A DNA stretch of 64,000 nucleotides from Octopus vulgaris. Lineage: Eukaryota. Where the stretch lies: assembly GCA_951406725.2 (NCBI GenBank), contig OX597816.1, forward strand, positions 54,188,001 through 54,252,000. Reading direction: 5' to 3'. Positions 1 to 13,364 of the stretch are shown here, one piece after another. A program made the position numbers and the translations under genes. Position 1 is the first letter of the stretch, and every line of letters starts with the position of its first letter. Under the pieces are notes generated by a model. The model was not told the DNA's origin. It saw only the letters and a list, made by a program, of their open reading frames with translations, and searched no databases.

Positions 1-941
1 CTGAATGTTATTATAAACGAAGATAAAGGTTATGTCTAAGTAAAAGAATTTGCAATGCTTAGTTATTGAAGTGTGGCAAAAATGCAGTTGGCTGATTGAA
101 GTACAATCGATCTCTAGTCCACATTGGATCAATTTTAAAGAGATAAAAAACAGCAACAAAAAACAAAAACAGCGGCAAGATTGTCCGGAAGAATATGAAG
201 AGATGAAAGTAACTACAACTCTAAATACAACTCTGAGATATTTAATTGGTTGAGAGATAATGATATACTTCTATTGACTTACACAATTATGGAATAGTTT
301 ACCGTTCTTTAAGAGACATTACCAGTGACGGAAGTTAAATCAGTTTCGAATTATGGCCGGGCATTTTGTATTCGTGTTCTTTATACTCAGGCGCTATGTG
401 ATATTACAAAGGGAATTAGTGACCATAAATGAAAAGATATAGCGATAAATAGCAATTAAAACTGGCTTGAGATGGGGAGCATTTCCTTTCAGCTGTTGTC
501 ACTTATTTTCGATACAGATGATAGCATGTAATTCTCTTGATTAAGTGAGGATGAGTTTGCATTCAACTAAAGATATTCTGTCTAGTCGCAAGACTTGCAA
601 CATTATTGGTGAAGAAATAAATCAATATTTAGGTACATTAGTAAGCTGATGTTCTCAGATCAGATTTTGAAGTAGAAACCATTAAAAATTAAACAAAAAC
701 CTCACTTCTATAACAATTCATTTGGCTCTTTAATAAAACACTAGATAAAGATCACATTCTCAGTAAGTGAAATTAAATCCGGTCGTTTGATAGAAAATGA
801 CACCTAGCCGAGAAAAATCGATTAGCACCCGAGACTGATGATACGGTGAAGTTAATATCTATAACCGATCAACAAAGAAAGACGTTAAATTTAGAAAATA
901 TTCGAGATATAAGGAAACACGAAGCGAAGAATCAGGGTGGG

Positions 942-978
<37 letters not shown>

Positions 979-1037
979 AGGAAGATGCTTTATCTAAGGA
1001 AACCTGACAAACTTGAAGAAAGAGAGAGAGAGAGGTA

Positions 1038-1073
<36 letters not shown>

Positions 1074-2075
1074 AGTGAATGTAAAGATTTATTAAAAACA
1101 ATTCCGTTGTTGAACATGACACACATTCATTATTGAATATAGTTTGAAAGTTTTATTAATTAAAATTTTGCATTAATAGAGACTGGTGAGCTACAACAAG
1201 AATTAATTGGAAGAAAATGGTTTGAAATATATTTATGCAAAATATAGCGTTCATTCTTAATTAATTTGCATGTAAAACAATCGATGAGGTACATACATTG
1301 ACCAGTCGTCCGCCGCAGAATGTCGAACAAGTTCACGTTGTAAGATGATGATGATGATGATGATGATAGAAAGTAAATATATCTGATGTATGGATATAAA
1401 TAGAATTAGAGCTCTCTCTCTCACACACAGACACACACCTATGTAAGATTGGCAGGTTGGCATAGTGGTGCTTAAATGAGAATTAAAATCGCTTATCAAT
1501 AATCAAAATAAATTTATTTGAATAAAAATGCAAGTGCAATACTTTGAATGATTCAGTTAGACTTATTCTACAGCACGCGCACACACACACACACATACAC
1601 ACGCATACACACAAACACACACGCGTGCATACACACACAAGCATGCATGCACACACGCGCAACACACACACGCATACATACAGAAATGCAAATAAACATA
1701 CACACGAACACAAACACCCACACAATATCTTTGATTTGATTTGGTTAATCTTTTTGGATCCAAATTAGTCGGGGATCTGGGCTCAATATCTTCAAAGTGC
1801 CATTAATGTCCCGAAGATATCAACGAAAAGGACAAACTGACCTGGTCAATTAAAATCATCATTATTTTAAACTTGAAGACCTGTAAAATACGGATTTATT
1901 AAATACTTCATCGCTGTTTAAGATAAAGTGCAGAAAGAATTACTTTTGGATCTAGAACAGTTTATAAAATCTGAGGTATGTGATTTAGAAAATTGTAAGA
2001 ATTCAAGGAAATTTCTGAGTTGTTTTGAAGTGGAACATCTTCAATTAGGAGAGAGTTACATTTAAGAAATATTTA

Positions 2076-2505
2076 TCTGTATATATAAAAGGCAGGATGT
2101 GCGTGTGTGTGTGTGTGTGCGCGAATGTAATTTATGCGCGTCCACAAATTAGCACGCATGTCGCTCCAATTTTAGGAGGACAATCGTCATGATCCTAGCT
2201 GTATTTTCGTCAGCTTATTTCCACAGAGGCACCAGCGAATAGCAGTAAAAATAAATTTTCAACCACAACTTTTAACGATTTTCAAGTCGGAGAAAACACC
2301 ATTGTTTGCAAATAGGAGTTAAGTCCCCTTCTAGCGACGAGTAAGTTTTTGTTATGACTTTTGTTGCTTTTTTCCATTGAAGAAAAAAGTGTTTTGTTGA
2401 TATGCAGGCAACACTCACACACACACACGAACATGTATGCGGACAAAAACATGTATGCAATAGGTGTACGTACGTACTTGAGTGTATGTATATGTGTGTG
2501 TGTTG

Positions 2506-2557
<52 letters not shown>

Positions 2558-2673
2558 AATTTCAACGGATTTCGCCGAAATTTGACGTCGATCTTACTTA
2601 GGTTTGAAATAAAGAACTTGATTAGCTTAATAATCCTAACTTAATCCCGGGCAAAGCCGGGTTATACTGCTAG
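2076..2673 (+). mobile_element. Non-autonomous Helitron-like element
   Basis: Starts 5'-TC (TCTGTATATATAAAA) after A2075. Ends in CTAG (2670-2673) followed by T, with a GC-rich hairpin CCCGG-gcaaag-CCGGG (2646-2661) 8 nt upstream. Insertion is at A|T with no TSD. These are canonical Helitron termini. Confidence 0.75.
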
Positions 2674-3419
2674 TGGAATTTAAATCCCAATCGAAAGTCT
2701 CCTAGTCGAATTGATATTCAAAACAAGAAAATTCAGAAACACTTCTAAGATTTTAAAGGAGGAATATTTGCCTACCTTGAAATCATTTATTGATTTACTT
2801 TTATAAAACATGTAGACGGATTTCAAAAGTCAGTGTGTAAAGAATGATTCTAGATATGTCGACCTCCCTCCTCACCACACTCTGCAGTGTAAGTATTGAC
2901 TTCGGATGCAGATTTCTCTTAAAATAACTGCATGTTAATGGAGGAAGAAATTCTTCTACTTCGGTAACTAAATAGGGTTACTTTAGTTCTTGTGTAAAAC
3001 AACTGTCAGATGAGATTTGGAAAGTAAAAACAACCAAGATTGGTTTCTGACGCCGGGGTGCTTCCTGAAAAGGTGTGACGGAGACGGGCATAAGAGCGAG
3101 ACTACTTATATAAGATTTCTATTAGTTTTGTAGACTTAGCAGCTCTAGAAGCAAGACTAAACACTTTGATATTGTTTAACGTCCAAAAGGAATAAAATAC
3201 GTGAAAGAAAGAGAGATCGAGTGAGGAAGTGGATGAGCAGCAAAAGAGACTGTAAAACGAAAATAGAGAAAACAGTTGCAATGAAATTTGTTCTAGATTT
3301 CAGATTATATCGTATGCAATTATTATTTTCTCTCTGATTATATTTTAAAGATTGAGTTATACAGGATCTTCCACAAATTGAACCTGGAAAACTTTTTCCA
3401 ATATTAGAGGTTTTGACTA

Positions 3420-3632
3420 GGCGATGAGCTGGCAGAATTGTTACCACGTCGGGCATAACGCTTAACAGTATTTCGACCATCTTTACGTTCTGAGTTCACA
3501 TTCTGCAGGGGTACCTTGCCTTCCAACTTTTTGGAGGTCGATAAAATAAATAACAGTTGGATACTGGAATCAATATAACCGACTTATCCCTCCCCCGAAA
3601 TTGCTGGTCTTGTGCCAAAACTTGTAACAACA
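3420..3632 (+). mobile_element. Degenerate tRNA-derived SINE, family A
   Basis: Diverged match to the copies at 12746 and 56071 (ggcgatgagctggcagaattgtta...ttctgagttcac...gtcgataaaataa). Confidence 0.7.
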
Positions 3633-5189
3633 TTATTAGTTATTCAACATAATATTTAAAAAAATATTTATTCTGATCACAAAGTAAACATCTTTCCTTC
3701 CAATTATTTAATCTCCAAAATAAACATCAAACTTATCTCAAAATCTATTTATTATTTATTAAACTTAAAACTACATTTCGTAACTAACAACTTGATATTG
3801 GAAGCAGGAATCATATGGAAAGCAACCTGGTTCTCGAATAACTAAAATCACGAATTGGCTGTTTGAAATAATAAATACATTGAAGAGTAGTTATAGAAGT
3901 TTTTTTCTTTTTATCTCATAGAGTAGGTGTATGGCATTTTAAAGCCTATAACAAGAGCAAGTTGTATTTCTCATAGAAGCCAAACAGTATGACATGTTTT
4001 ACATAAATAAAGCCCAAAATCTGATATGAGATTTTTAGTTAATACTGTGTCTACTGAACTTCTAGGTTTCCCCAGAATTCCAGTTACTTTCAGACAACAC
4101 CAGGTTCTATATCGTTGAACTGAAATTTACTTTAGGGTTTGATGAGAGAAAATATCGTTTTAAATTAAAGGACAAAATATCTTAATTCAAAGAATCTCCC
4201 ACAATAACATCTAGTATTTGGATTTCCATCTAACATTTCCCATAGCATCCTGAAATCCACTTAAATCCTCAATATTTTTAACTCGGATATTGGCAAATAG
4301 TTCTCTAGAAACACAATGGCTTCTGGGATTTCAGTGTTCGACTATTGTCTCGTTAATAGATTTTATTTAAACATTCTGGAGCCGAAATTATAAACCCCTT
4401 TCAAAAACATTTAAACTCTCACTTTGAATGAGATTTGAATTTAATTATCGAGATAAGGGAAATTATATGAAGTTTTGTTGAAAAGAGTGAAGATTTTTAA
4501 AACTTGGCATTCGTTATCAAGAAATTGTGAAATGGTAATTCGATGTGAAATTGCAAATAAGGGAACTGAACTCCATTAATAATACATTGAAAGAATTCTG
4601 TAATCAAGAATTATGGAGAGAAGTGGAGAAAAAAGGGAGTATCATATGAATATCGCTATTTTCATTATAATATATCATTAAAATAAAATAAATATGAAAT
4701 TGCTTCAAAAATAAATTATTTTTAAAACGAAACTATTTCATGGGAAAGGGAAGTGGCTGACATTTTAAAAGATGGCGGCAGCCTTAAATGTAATCAGTTG
4801 ACATTGAATTTCACAGGTTAATATAACTGCACTTCATTTATGTCTATTCACACCAACAGATATTTTAGCACACCATAATGAACTCTATTCCATTTCTCCG
4901 TTATGGAAATAATTCCACGGCATTTTAACAAAGAACTCGTCATGGTTTACGCAAACAAACCGCAAAAAATATTGTGATATCAATTTTTCTAGAGTAATTT
5001 TAGTTATTTAATATAAAATATTTTCTTTGGAATTCAGCAAATTTGATTAATGCAAATAGTTTGGAAGAGGCCAAAGATGGGTGATGCTTTGTTTTGATGC
5101 ATATAAAAGCATCTCTGTAACTTTATTCACGAAGAATATTCTCTGATAATGAACTATTCTTGGTTGATCTTTGATAATTTCCCAGTTTA

Positions 5190-6480
5190 CAGGGTGGGGA
5201 AGCAAAATTTACAATGAACGTTAAGTTGTTTTTTCTCAGCAGGCACTAAGTCAATTGTTTTGAAACCTAGCATATATTGATGTCATAATCCTACCTAACA
5301 CTGTTATCCTTACCTTTGCAGAAACTTTTACCCATATGAGTAATCAGGAAAGCAAATGCCTAAGAGTGTGTGATTTGCTGATTGCGCTCGTCACACCAAA
5401 AGAGAATCCAAGAATAGTTGGAGTGTCCATAAAGACTGTTTATAATGTAAAGAATAGAATGACTATGAGCAAAACTATTACGAGGATGTCTGGAAGTGGA
5501 GGAATCAACAAAAAAACGTACCAAAGCTTTTATTAAAGCTCTCAAATTCAAAATCCTAAAGGATCCAACCAAATCCATGAGAAAAATGGCAATTGAACTT
5601 GGGGTAGACAAGAAGATCATTAGAAATGCAGTAAAATATGATTTGAGGTTAAAATCTTACACAAGAACACCAAAACACTTGTTGACAACAGCTATGAAGG
5701 AAAAGAGATTGGAAAGGTGCAAGAAAATTATTACATGGTTCAAGAAAAATCCTCCATTATAACGATCTGTTCTGATGAAAAGATCTTCACTGTTGATGCT
5801 GTTCTGAACCACAGAAATGACAGATTTATCACAAAATCAACAGCTGAGTTTAAGGAGACATTCAAAGCAAAACATCCAGCTCAAGTTATGGCTTTTGGTG
5901 TTGTGGCTTCCGATGGCAAGAAAACGCCTATAAAATTCTACAAAGCTGATGAAAAGATCAATGTTAATACTTACTACAAGACTCTGAGATACCAGGTATT
6001 GCCATGGCTTAAAGCAAACTACCCAGATAGTAATTGTGTATGGACACAGGGCGGTACTTCAGCCCACACAGCTAGAAAAATACAAGATTTCTGCAAATCC
6101 AGCTTTAGCAATTTTTGGGAATCATGTTTATGGCCGCCTTCTAGCCCAGATCTAAATCCTCTGGATAATGCTATTTGGGGCGTTTTAGAACATGCTACCA
6201 ATAGAGCATCACACAGAAATGTCGATTCTCTTAAAGATACTATTAAAGAAGAATGGGAGAAGTTGTCTCCCGAATATTTGAGGAACACTTGCGCAAGTTT
6301 CAGGAAGCGTGCGAAGGCAGTTATTGAGGAAGAAGGAGGACACATAGAGTAAAAAACATTTTCTATTATGTAAATTTTCTTGTGGCAAATAAATTCTCAT
6401 GACTTCCAATAAACTAATTGGTCATACACAGTCTTTCAATCCCTGCCTCAAAATATTGTACATTTTGCTTCCCCACCCTG
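5190..6480 (+). mobile_element. Full-length Tc1/mariner DNA transposon, DD37D (maT/Bmmar1-like)
   Basis: 26-bp TIRs CAGGGTGGGGAAGCAAAAT(T/G)TACAAT at 5190 and ending at 6480 with 1 mismatch, TA on both sides (5188-89, 6481-82), length 1291 bp, internal transposase. Confidence 0.95.
5336..6352 (+). pseudogene. Frameshifted DD37D transposase
   Basis: Split over ORFs 5336-5536, 5496-5762 and 5717-6352. Motifs SDEKIF, WTQGGTSAHTA (second catalytic D changed to G) and WPPSSPDLNPLD. 37 residues lie between the second and third catalytic positions. Confidence 0.92.
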
Positions 6481-7479
6481 TATAAGAAATAATTTTGCAG
6501 TAAAAGAAAATCAAAGATATTGCTTGATCAAGTGTAATCAGTATAAAGCTGTGATTTTGAACTGCACAATACTTCGCTGATGTGGCAAGTCACAGAACCA
6601 ATTCTGGGGAATGGTTTCTATTCCTGGGTTAATATAATTCCTAAAACTGTTTGGGTATCTTAATGGTATAAATCACTTAATGTAGCGTTTGATAATCAAA
6701 CAGATGAAAGTGAGGAGAGAAAGACATGGAAAAACAAAGGATGGAGAGATATAAGGGGAGAGAGAACAGTGGATAAAGAGAGAGGGACAGAGGAGGAGCA
6801 GTGGATTGAGAGAGGTGGGTAGAGGCAGAAGTAGAATGATGGGAGAGAGAGAGAACAGGAGTAAGAAAGGAATATTCTTGCAATTATAAAAAAAAAAATG
6901 GAATGAGCTGTACTGTAATATATTTCTTTATTAATCTGTCGGTAATTAGCTTATAGAAGACATCGGAAGTTATCAATTAGTAACAGACTATAATTAGTCA
7001 AGGTTACTTATAGAATGGTCAACACGAAAATGTGCAATAATACTTTATATAAATGGTAGTTGAGTCCCAGGTCTGCTTCCCTCAAACAAAACTACAATTG
7101 AAGAGATTGCAGCTATGATCTTCGATTCCGACATAATGTATCTAGAATAACATAATTCAATGTACTTTATTTGGAGGAAGGGTTGGCTATTATTTCTAGC
7201 TGATCGGACAACTCAAACCTTACGAAGAAGTAATATTTTATGTTGGAGAAGATAATCATAGTATTTTGTATTGAAATAATATCTAAACTGAAGCGGGGGG
7301 AATGGACCAGTATGTGAAAACCTTCAAAATAGTCACCACATATAGAGAAAAATATTTATATAATTTACTATACAGAGGATGCTGTAGCGATACAATAATT
7401 TGGTAAATTTATATACCACGCCATGTGTCTCCAAGCAATCTTTCAGGTTCAGTGTACACCGTAAAACCTATTTGAATAC

Positions 7480-8660
7480 CAGGACGTTTTTCTAAGAGAA
7501 AACACAAGAAAAAACAGAGGAAAATCGCGAAGAAGGTTGAGATGCATAAGGTGGAACGATAAGAAAGAAAAGAAAACAAAAATCTGTAGAGGTTTATCTG
7601 CAGAAATCTTAATTAATCCAGCTGGTGCAGAGTAATATAACGGAGAGAAGGCCAGAGTGTGTGAGACTGCTATTTAATCGGGAGATGGTGGTGTCCTTCA
7701 GTTCGACCAATAATTTTTATTCATGTGCTTGCGTTTGGTAAAAATTTCGGATCTGGAATTAAATTGTTGGTGGGATTCTTGGACCTAAAAAGAGTATGTG
7801 ATATTTCATAACTTGCATATTTTTGATCAATTTATACATGGTGTGGATTTATTCACGATTCTCCACTTGATTGTATGTGGTGTGCAGTCGCACTCGAGAT
7901 CCTATACATGGCTAGCCAACTTAGCAGCTTTATTGTTATCAATGTGTCGGAAAGAAGGCTGGTGGTTTGCATAACGGCTTTTAAAATTGTCTTCGCATAA
8001 ACCGACGGACATAAAATTTCTGCTTGATTACGTTATCTTAGAGCGCTGCTATAACTTCGGTTTCATAAATAACTGAGTTTATCCTGGGTGCTTGATCGAG
8101 CGGGCAAACATCAGGATTTCGACAGTTACAACTGGGAGTCGGCTCTTGGAGTGACATGCGAGTGATATTGTCCTTCATACTGGGGCAGCAGCTCGAGGAA
8201 ATTTTTATCGCTCGTCTATTAAGAATTTTCATTGTGCTCATTAAAGTGCTCATTAAACAATGCCAGGAATTTGTTTCCTATGTTAGCTTTAACATTTAAG
8301 AAGAAAATGTGAGGCAACAGTATTATTTTGCTTCATCTATTTCAAGGCTTCATATTTTTAACTGAAGAATTATATGATACCTTATCATTGAAGCTGCTGT
8401 CATCTAAGGCCTTGTTATCGTAGTGGACTGGGCTGATATATCAAATATTTCTTCTGATGAGGATAGACTAGGTATTCTACTACTGATGTTAGCTTTAGGG
8501 TTTTTTAAACACCATAGTGGAGTATGTGTGACAGAAGGGGTTTATGTCTATACGTCAGTTTCTCATTCGGTTTATGACAGGGTTTATAAAAGCGTGAGTT
8601 TCGATCTAGAGAAATATCAAAGAATCAACAAAATACTACATACAGTAATTCTGAGGTCAA
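7480..8660 (-). mobile_element. Penelope-like element fragment (Naiad-type RT C-terminus/thumb + GIY-YIG endonuclease), degenerate
   Basis: Minus-strand translation gives FFDISLDRNSRFYKPCHKPNEKLTY, ISSRIPSLSSSEEIFD, KILNRRAIKISSSCCPSM, CNCRNPDVCPLD..INSVIYETEV, VGLCEDNFKSRYANH, IKWRIV..SKICKL* and NSRSEIFTKRKH. These resemble PLE ORF motifs; stops and frameshifts are present. Confidence 0.85.
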
Positions 8661-8692
8661 TATGTGTGCGTGTGCATGTGCGTGTGTGTGTG

Positions 8693-8726
<34 letters not shown>

Positions 8727-8890
8727 CACGAGAGGCTTTTTTCACTTTCTACCAACCGAATCCACTCACAGGGGTTTGGTCGACTGAGGCTATAGTAAAA
8801 GACCGTTGAGTAAAGGGCCAAGAAGTGGAACTGAACACGGAAACATGTGGTTGAGAAGCAAATGTATCACCAAACAGTTACATCTGCGTC
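8727..8890 (-). mobile_element. SINE family B 5' fragment, degenerate
   Basis: Similar to the 5' half of the full copy at 48921-49357. Confidence 0.7.
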
Positions 8891-10472
8891 TGTCTATCTT
8901 TTCCGGTTTTAATATCATTTTTAGCAATCTTACATTTTATCTTCATATAACAACAATGTTGTTTATATACAATCACCCATTGTACCCCATGATAATTTCC
9001 TCTGTATTAACATCATAGGTTTTATTAGCGTCTTGCTCCTTTAACTGGTAATTTACATCTTGATTTAGGGTCTTCCTCTACCCAGCCTTCTTTATAGACA
9101 GTTACTTACACATTTCCTAAAATCCTGACAAGATTTATGACCATACCTAACTATAAACTGTCAACTCACTCCGTCTATCTATCCTAAACAGACACCGTCC
9201 TCTAGCCTTAGATTTGGTAGTTGATAAAAATGACTAATAAATTAAAAATGAACTACAATCATTTACAAGCTATGACCCGAACAAACTTCATACAGCTCTT
9301 AGAAGTGTAGTATACTTTGAGCTACATTATCAGCAACATGGACCTTTCGTCTCTTCTTGCTCTATTAGAGAATATAAGTAAAATTATATTAATGTGTCCA
9401 GCTGATTAAAAAATTCTATTTATTTATGCAGCTGAGGATAGTCCTGCATTTACATTCATGTAATGATTGCATTGTTCAATTAAATGGAGCTACTTGAAAC
9501 TGTCGTATTGCATCACCTTTTGATATCCTGTTGCTTATTTATTTTGATTATATACATATCCATTTTGACTATGACAGTGTTAAGACGTAATACACTAAAT
9601 TCTTAAATTTGTTTAAATAATAAAAAAAGGAGAGGAGAAAGGCTGACAACATAAAAACAGACAGTATTTTGCTCTGCTAAACGTTATCTCTTAGATTATA
9701 TTAAGTATGCATTAATAGATTATCTGTAGAAATACAGAGTGTTGCCACCCGAAACATGCTGTGACCTTCTGGGTAGCAGAATAATATGAAAGGAAGCGAA
9801 TGTTCGATTTTTGGCGTTTTGACAGATTTAACAAAGACAAAACATTAGAAGCTGAAAAGATTAAAGAAAAAATAATTTCATAAATGGAAAAATCGATATT
9901 TTTTGAAGACCTTTGTTTATTATGTTTTGCAATAAAACTGCATTATAGATGCCAGCAGGGATAGCGACTCCAACATCTAATCAATTGTTTTAATAAATGA
10001 AACGAAAAGAACCAAAAAGAAAACAAAAAAAAACACACCATTACTTGTATGAAATCAGTGGAAGTCATCTGTTGATGACAGCAGTAGAAACAATAGATTG
10101 TCTCAGTGTGGTTGATATTACTGGTATTGTGTAGTACAGGTGAAACTGCTATAGAAACGACTAGATCATAACAGAGATAATAATATATCAACCATAAGTA
10201 ACGGCAGCTTTCATTGACTACATCTTATATAAAATGATAAAAAATTGAAATATTTAAAAAAGAAAATGCGCATGCGCATGCGCATACGTTTGTTTTGTGA
10301 TAAGTGATTTAGCAAAGCTTAGCAGTTTATGTAAAATGACAGCTTTTCAATAAGTTAGTGCGAGCACGTAACTATCTGTATATGTGTACGCCATGAAGCA
10401 TATATGAAAACACATACATACACACACACCATACACGTATGTACATGTGTATGTGTATGTGCGTGTGTGTGT

Positions 10473-10522
<50 letters not shown>

Positions 10523-10609
10523 GTGTGTGTATCTCCAACATATTGAATATATATCTTCACATTGAATTTATGTTTCCTTTATAAATTCTTTGCAATTTTA
10601 ATAATTTTT

Positions 10610-10808
10610 AAAACAATCATTTAACAATTCTATTAGCAATCCTTGTCCAAATGCAACAAGTGAGATTAGATATTTATCAGCGGGCGAACCTGCGATCTTA
10701 TTGCTTCTCAAAACAATTATTTAACAATTCCATTAGCAATCCTTGTCCAAATGCAACAAGTGAGATTAGATATCTATCAGCGGGCGAACCTGCAATCTTA
10801 TTGCTTCT
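10610..10808. repeat. 100-bp tandem duplication (2 copies)
   Basis: 10610-10709 and 10710-10808 are nearly identical (aaaacaat..ttgtccaaatgcaacaagtgagattagata..cgggcgaacctgc..ttgcttct) with only a few substitutions. Confidence 0.95.
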
Positions 10809-10959
10809 AAAATTCTAACTTATTTTTTGTGGATTTATTTGCTATGGCAACGCAATGCATAGGCAAGCATATGTAGTTTTGAAGTTCGATTCACAACTTC
10901 GTGCGTTGAGCATCCGTTAGCACAATATAAGTCTGAATATAGATATGTAAAGCCATTGT

Positions 10960-11420
10960 TTTGATGACAAAAATAGTATTTAGAAGCTGTTATAGAATAA
11001 TGAGATGCTTAGAATTAAGATATTTAGCTTGTATTTGATAGAGTTAATGTATTTAACTACAATTTTATAGGGTCAACGTATTTTATAGTGTTAAGATGTT
11101 TAGCTACCGTTTTATAGAATTCGGATGTTTAGTTATTGCTTTATAGTGTTAAGGTGTTTTGTTGCTGTTTTTCATTGCTAAGGTGTTTAGTAATTCTGTT
11201 ACAGAGTTCAATTACTCTTTTCTAGCTGGAAGATGATCAGCAACTGTTTTATACTAATAATATATTTAGTAACTTTATTATAGTGTTTAGGTCTTAATTT
11301 TTGCTGCGTGGAGTAGAGGAATGAATTGTTTGGAAATAAATTTGTTTAGTGATTGTTTTATTATGTTATGCTGTTTTCTCTCCAATTTTGTAAAGATACT
11401 GTGTTTATAAAGTTAATATT
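10960..11420. repeat. Degenerate ~29-30-bp minisatellite
   Basis: Recurrent unit resembling gatgtttagctactgttttatagtgttaa. Confidence 0.55.
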
Positions 11421-12342
11421 TACTAGTCTATAACAGTTTCTGCTCGATGTTTAAATTCGTTTCCAATAACTGACAACGGAAGGTAACGTCATAGAAATTG
11501 TTACTAACACATGAAATTCCAGGAGTAGAATTCATAGGTTTGGCATAGAAAAGCTTACATATTTGGTCATTTTGTTTTATAAACGTTGAATTTCCTTTCA
11601 CAAAGTGGCGATGACTGTGAGACGTGAATGGTGTTGAAAAGATTAAAAGAGAGAAAAGAGAGAAACAAGAGGAAAGGCAGACAGTTTGTAACATATTTTC
11701 AATTTCTAAGTGAAGGCATCTTTCAGCATCGGTATCGAAGGTGATATAATAACCCTAATTTATACTCATTAGTGTGACTTTCTGTCAAAGGCTGCCACCT
11801 TTTATTCCTTTTCATACAAGTTACCAATTTCCTAAAAGCATGTAAAATTTTTCTTGGGGCTAAAAGGAAGTTCAAGAAGCACCAAAAGTTCGGTTCCGCT
11901 CAGTCGCTAACGAGATAGCATGTGGGGATCATGAACTTTACAAACTGGTTTCAATTACTAACGGAGTCTAATCAAATCCTGATAAATAATAGAACAATAT
12001 TAATTACAAAGTAGCCTTGTATATTGAACAGTTGAGTCTGCAGCTCTTTGTTTGACAGCAAAGACAAAGAAGAAACCAAAATAAGACCAAGTACCGAGTC
12101 GTTAAGTTTCCGCTGAAATGAGCTGAATTAGTAGAATGTCGCCTCCCTTTCTCACTACAAGCAATATTTTTAATTACAAACAGGAAAGGGAGTGTTCCAG
12201 TGCTTCTACTACAGAAATACTACTACCATCTCATCTGTCTGATGTAACAAATTAACTCCATCAATCAAATCTATCATCACTCACTCAAAATTCTCCAAAT
12301 TAAAACAGAATATTCAGTGGAATTATTTCATGACTGTTTTAG

Positions 12343-12392
<50 letters not shown>

Positions 12393-12745
12393 TATTTGGT
12401 GTTCAGGCATTTAGGTTAAATGAATATGTAGTGTTTCGGTGTATTTGTTAAAGTGGATCTACCTGTTCTTAACGCGCGCGCGAAAACACACGCACACACA
12501 CAAAATATTATTGCAAAGTCTGTTAAGTACCGGGTTAAAGTAGAGGTAACTTAAAAGTTATCTGCTCTTTAGTGTAGCTTCCGAGAATATCAATATTTAT
12601 CATCGTTGAAGCAGTGAACGGAGTATTTCAGTGTCATCATCGTTATTGTGATGTTCGTTGCTAACATATTGCATCATTAAATTATTGTCTGTTGCTAACA
12701 TATTGCAACATAGTGTTTCTGTCTGTTGCCAATATATTTCAACAC

Positions 12746-13364
12746 GTAAGACGGCGACCTGGCAGAAACGTTAGCACGCCGGGCGAAATGCTTAGCGGTA
12801 TTTCGTCTGTCGTTACGTTCTGAGTTCAAATTCCGCCGAGGTCGACTTTGCCTTTCATCCTTTCGGGGTCGATAAATTAAGTACCAGTTACGCACTGGGG
12901 CCGATGTAATCGACTCAATCCGTTTGTCTGTCCTTGTTTGTCCCCTCTGTGTTTAGCCCCTTGTGGGTAATAAAAAAATAGGTATTTCATCAGTCTTTAC
13001 GTTCTGAGTTCAAATTCCGCTGAGGTTGACTTTGCCTTTCATCCTTTCGGGGTCGATAAATTAAGTACCAGTTACGCACTGGGGCCGATGTAATCGACTT
13101 AATCCGTTTGTCTGTCCTTGTTTGTCCCCTCTATGTTTAGCCCCTTGTGGGTAATAAATAAATAAGAAACGTTAGCACGCCGGGCGAAATGCTTAGCAGT
13201 ATTTCATCTGTCGTTACGTTCTGGGTTCAAATTCCGCCGAGGTCGACTTTGCCTTTCATCCTTCCGGGGTCGATAAATTAAGAATCAGTTGCGTACTGGG
13301 GATCGATCTAATCGACTGGACCCCCTCCCCCCAAATTTCGAGCCTTGTGCCTAGAGTAGAAAAG
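12746..13364 (+). mobile_element. Trimeric tRNA-derived SINE, family A, inside one TSD
   Basis: A box TGGCAGAAACGT and B box GAGTTCAAATTCC. The core gtcgactttgcctttcatcctttcggggtcgataaattaagtaccag occurs three times. A 15-bp TSD aatatatt(t/c)caacac lies at 12731-12745 and 13365-13379. Confidence 0.9.

Noticed and set aside
1-900. Possible Ty3/gypsy pol remnant (VTEVKS.., FLSAVVTYF..)
   Set aside because: The similarity is too weak and fragmented to support without a profile search.
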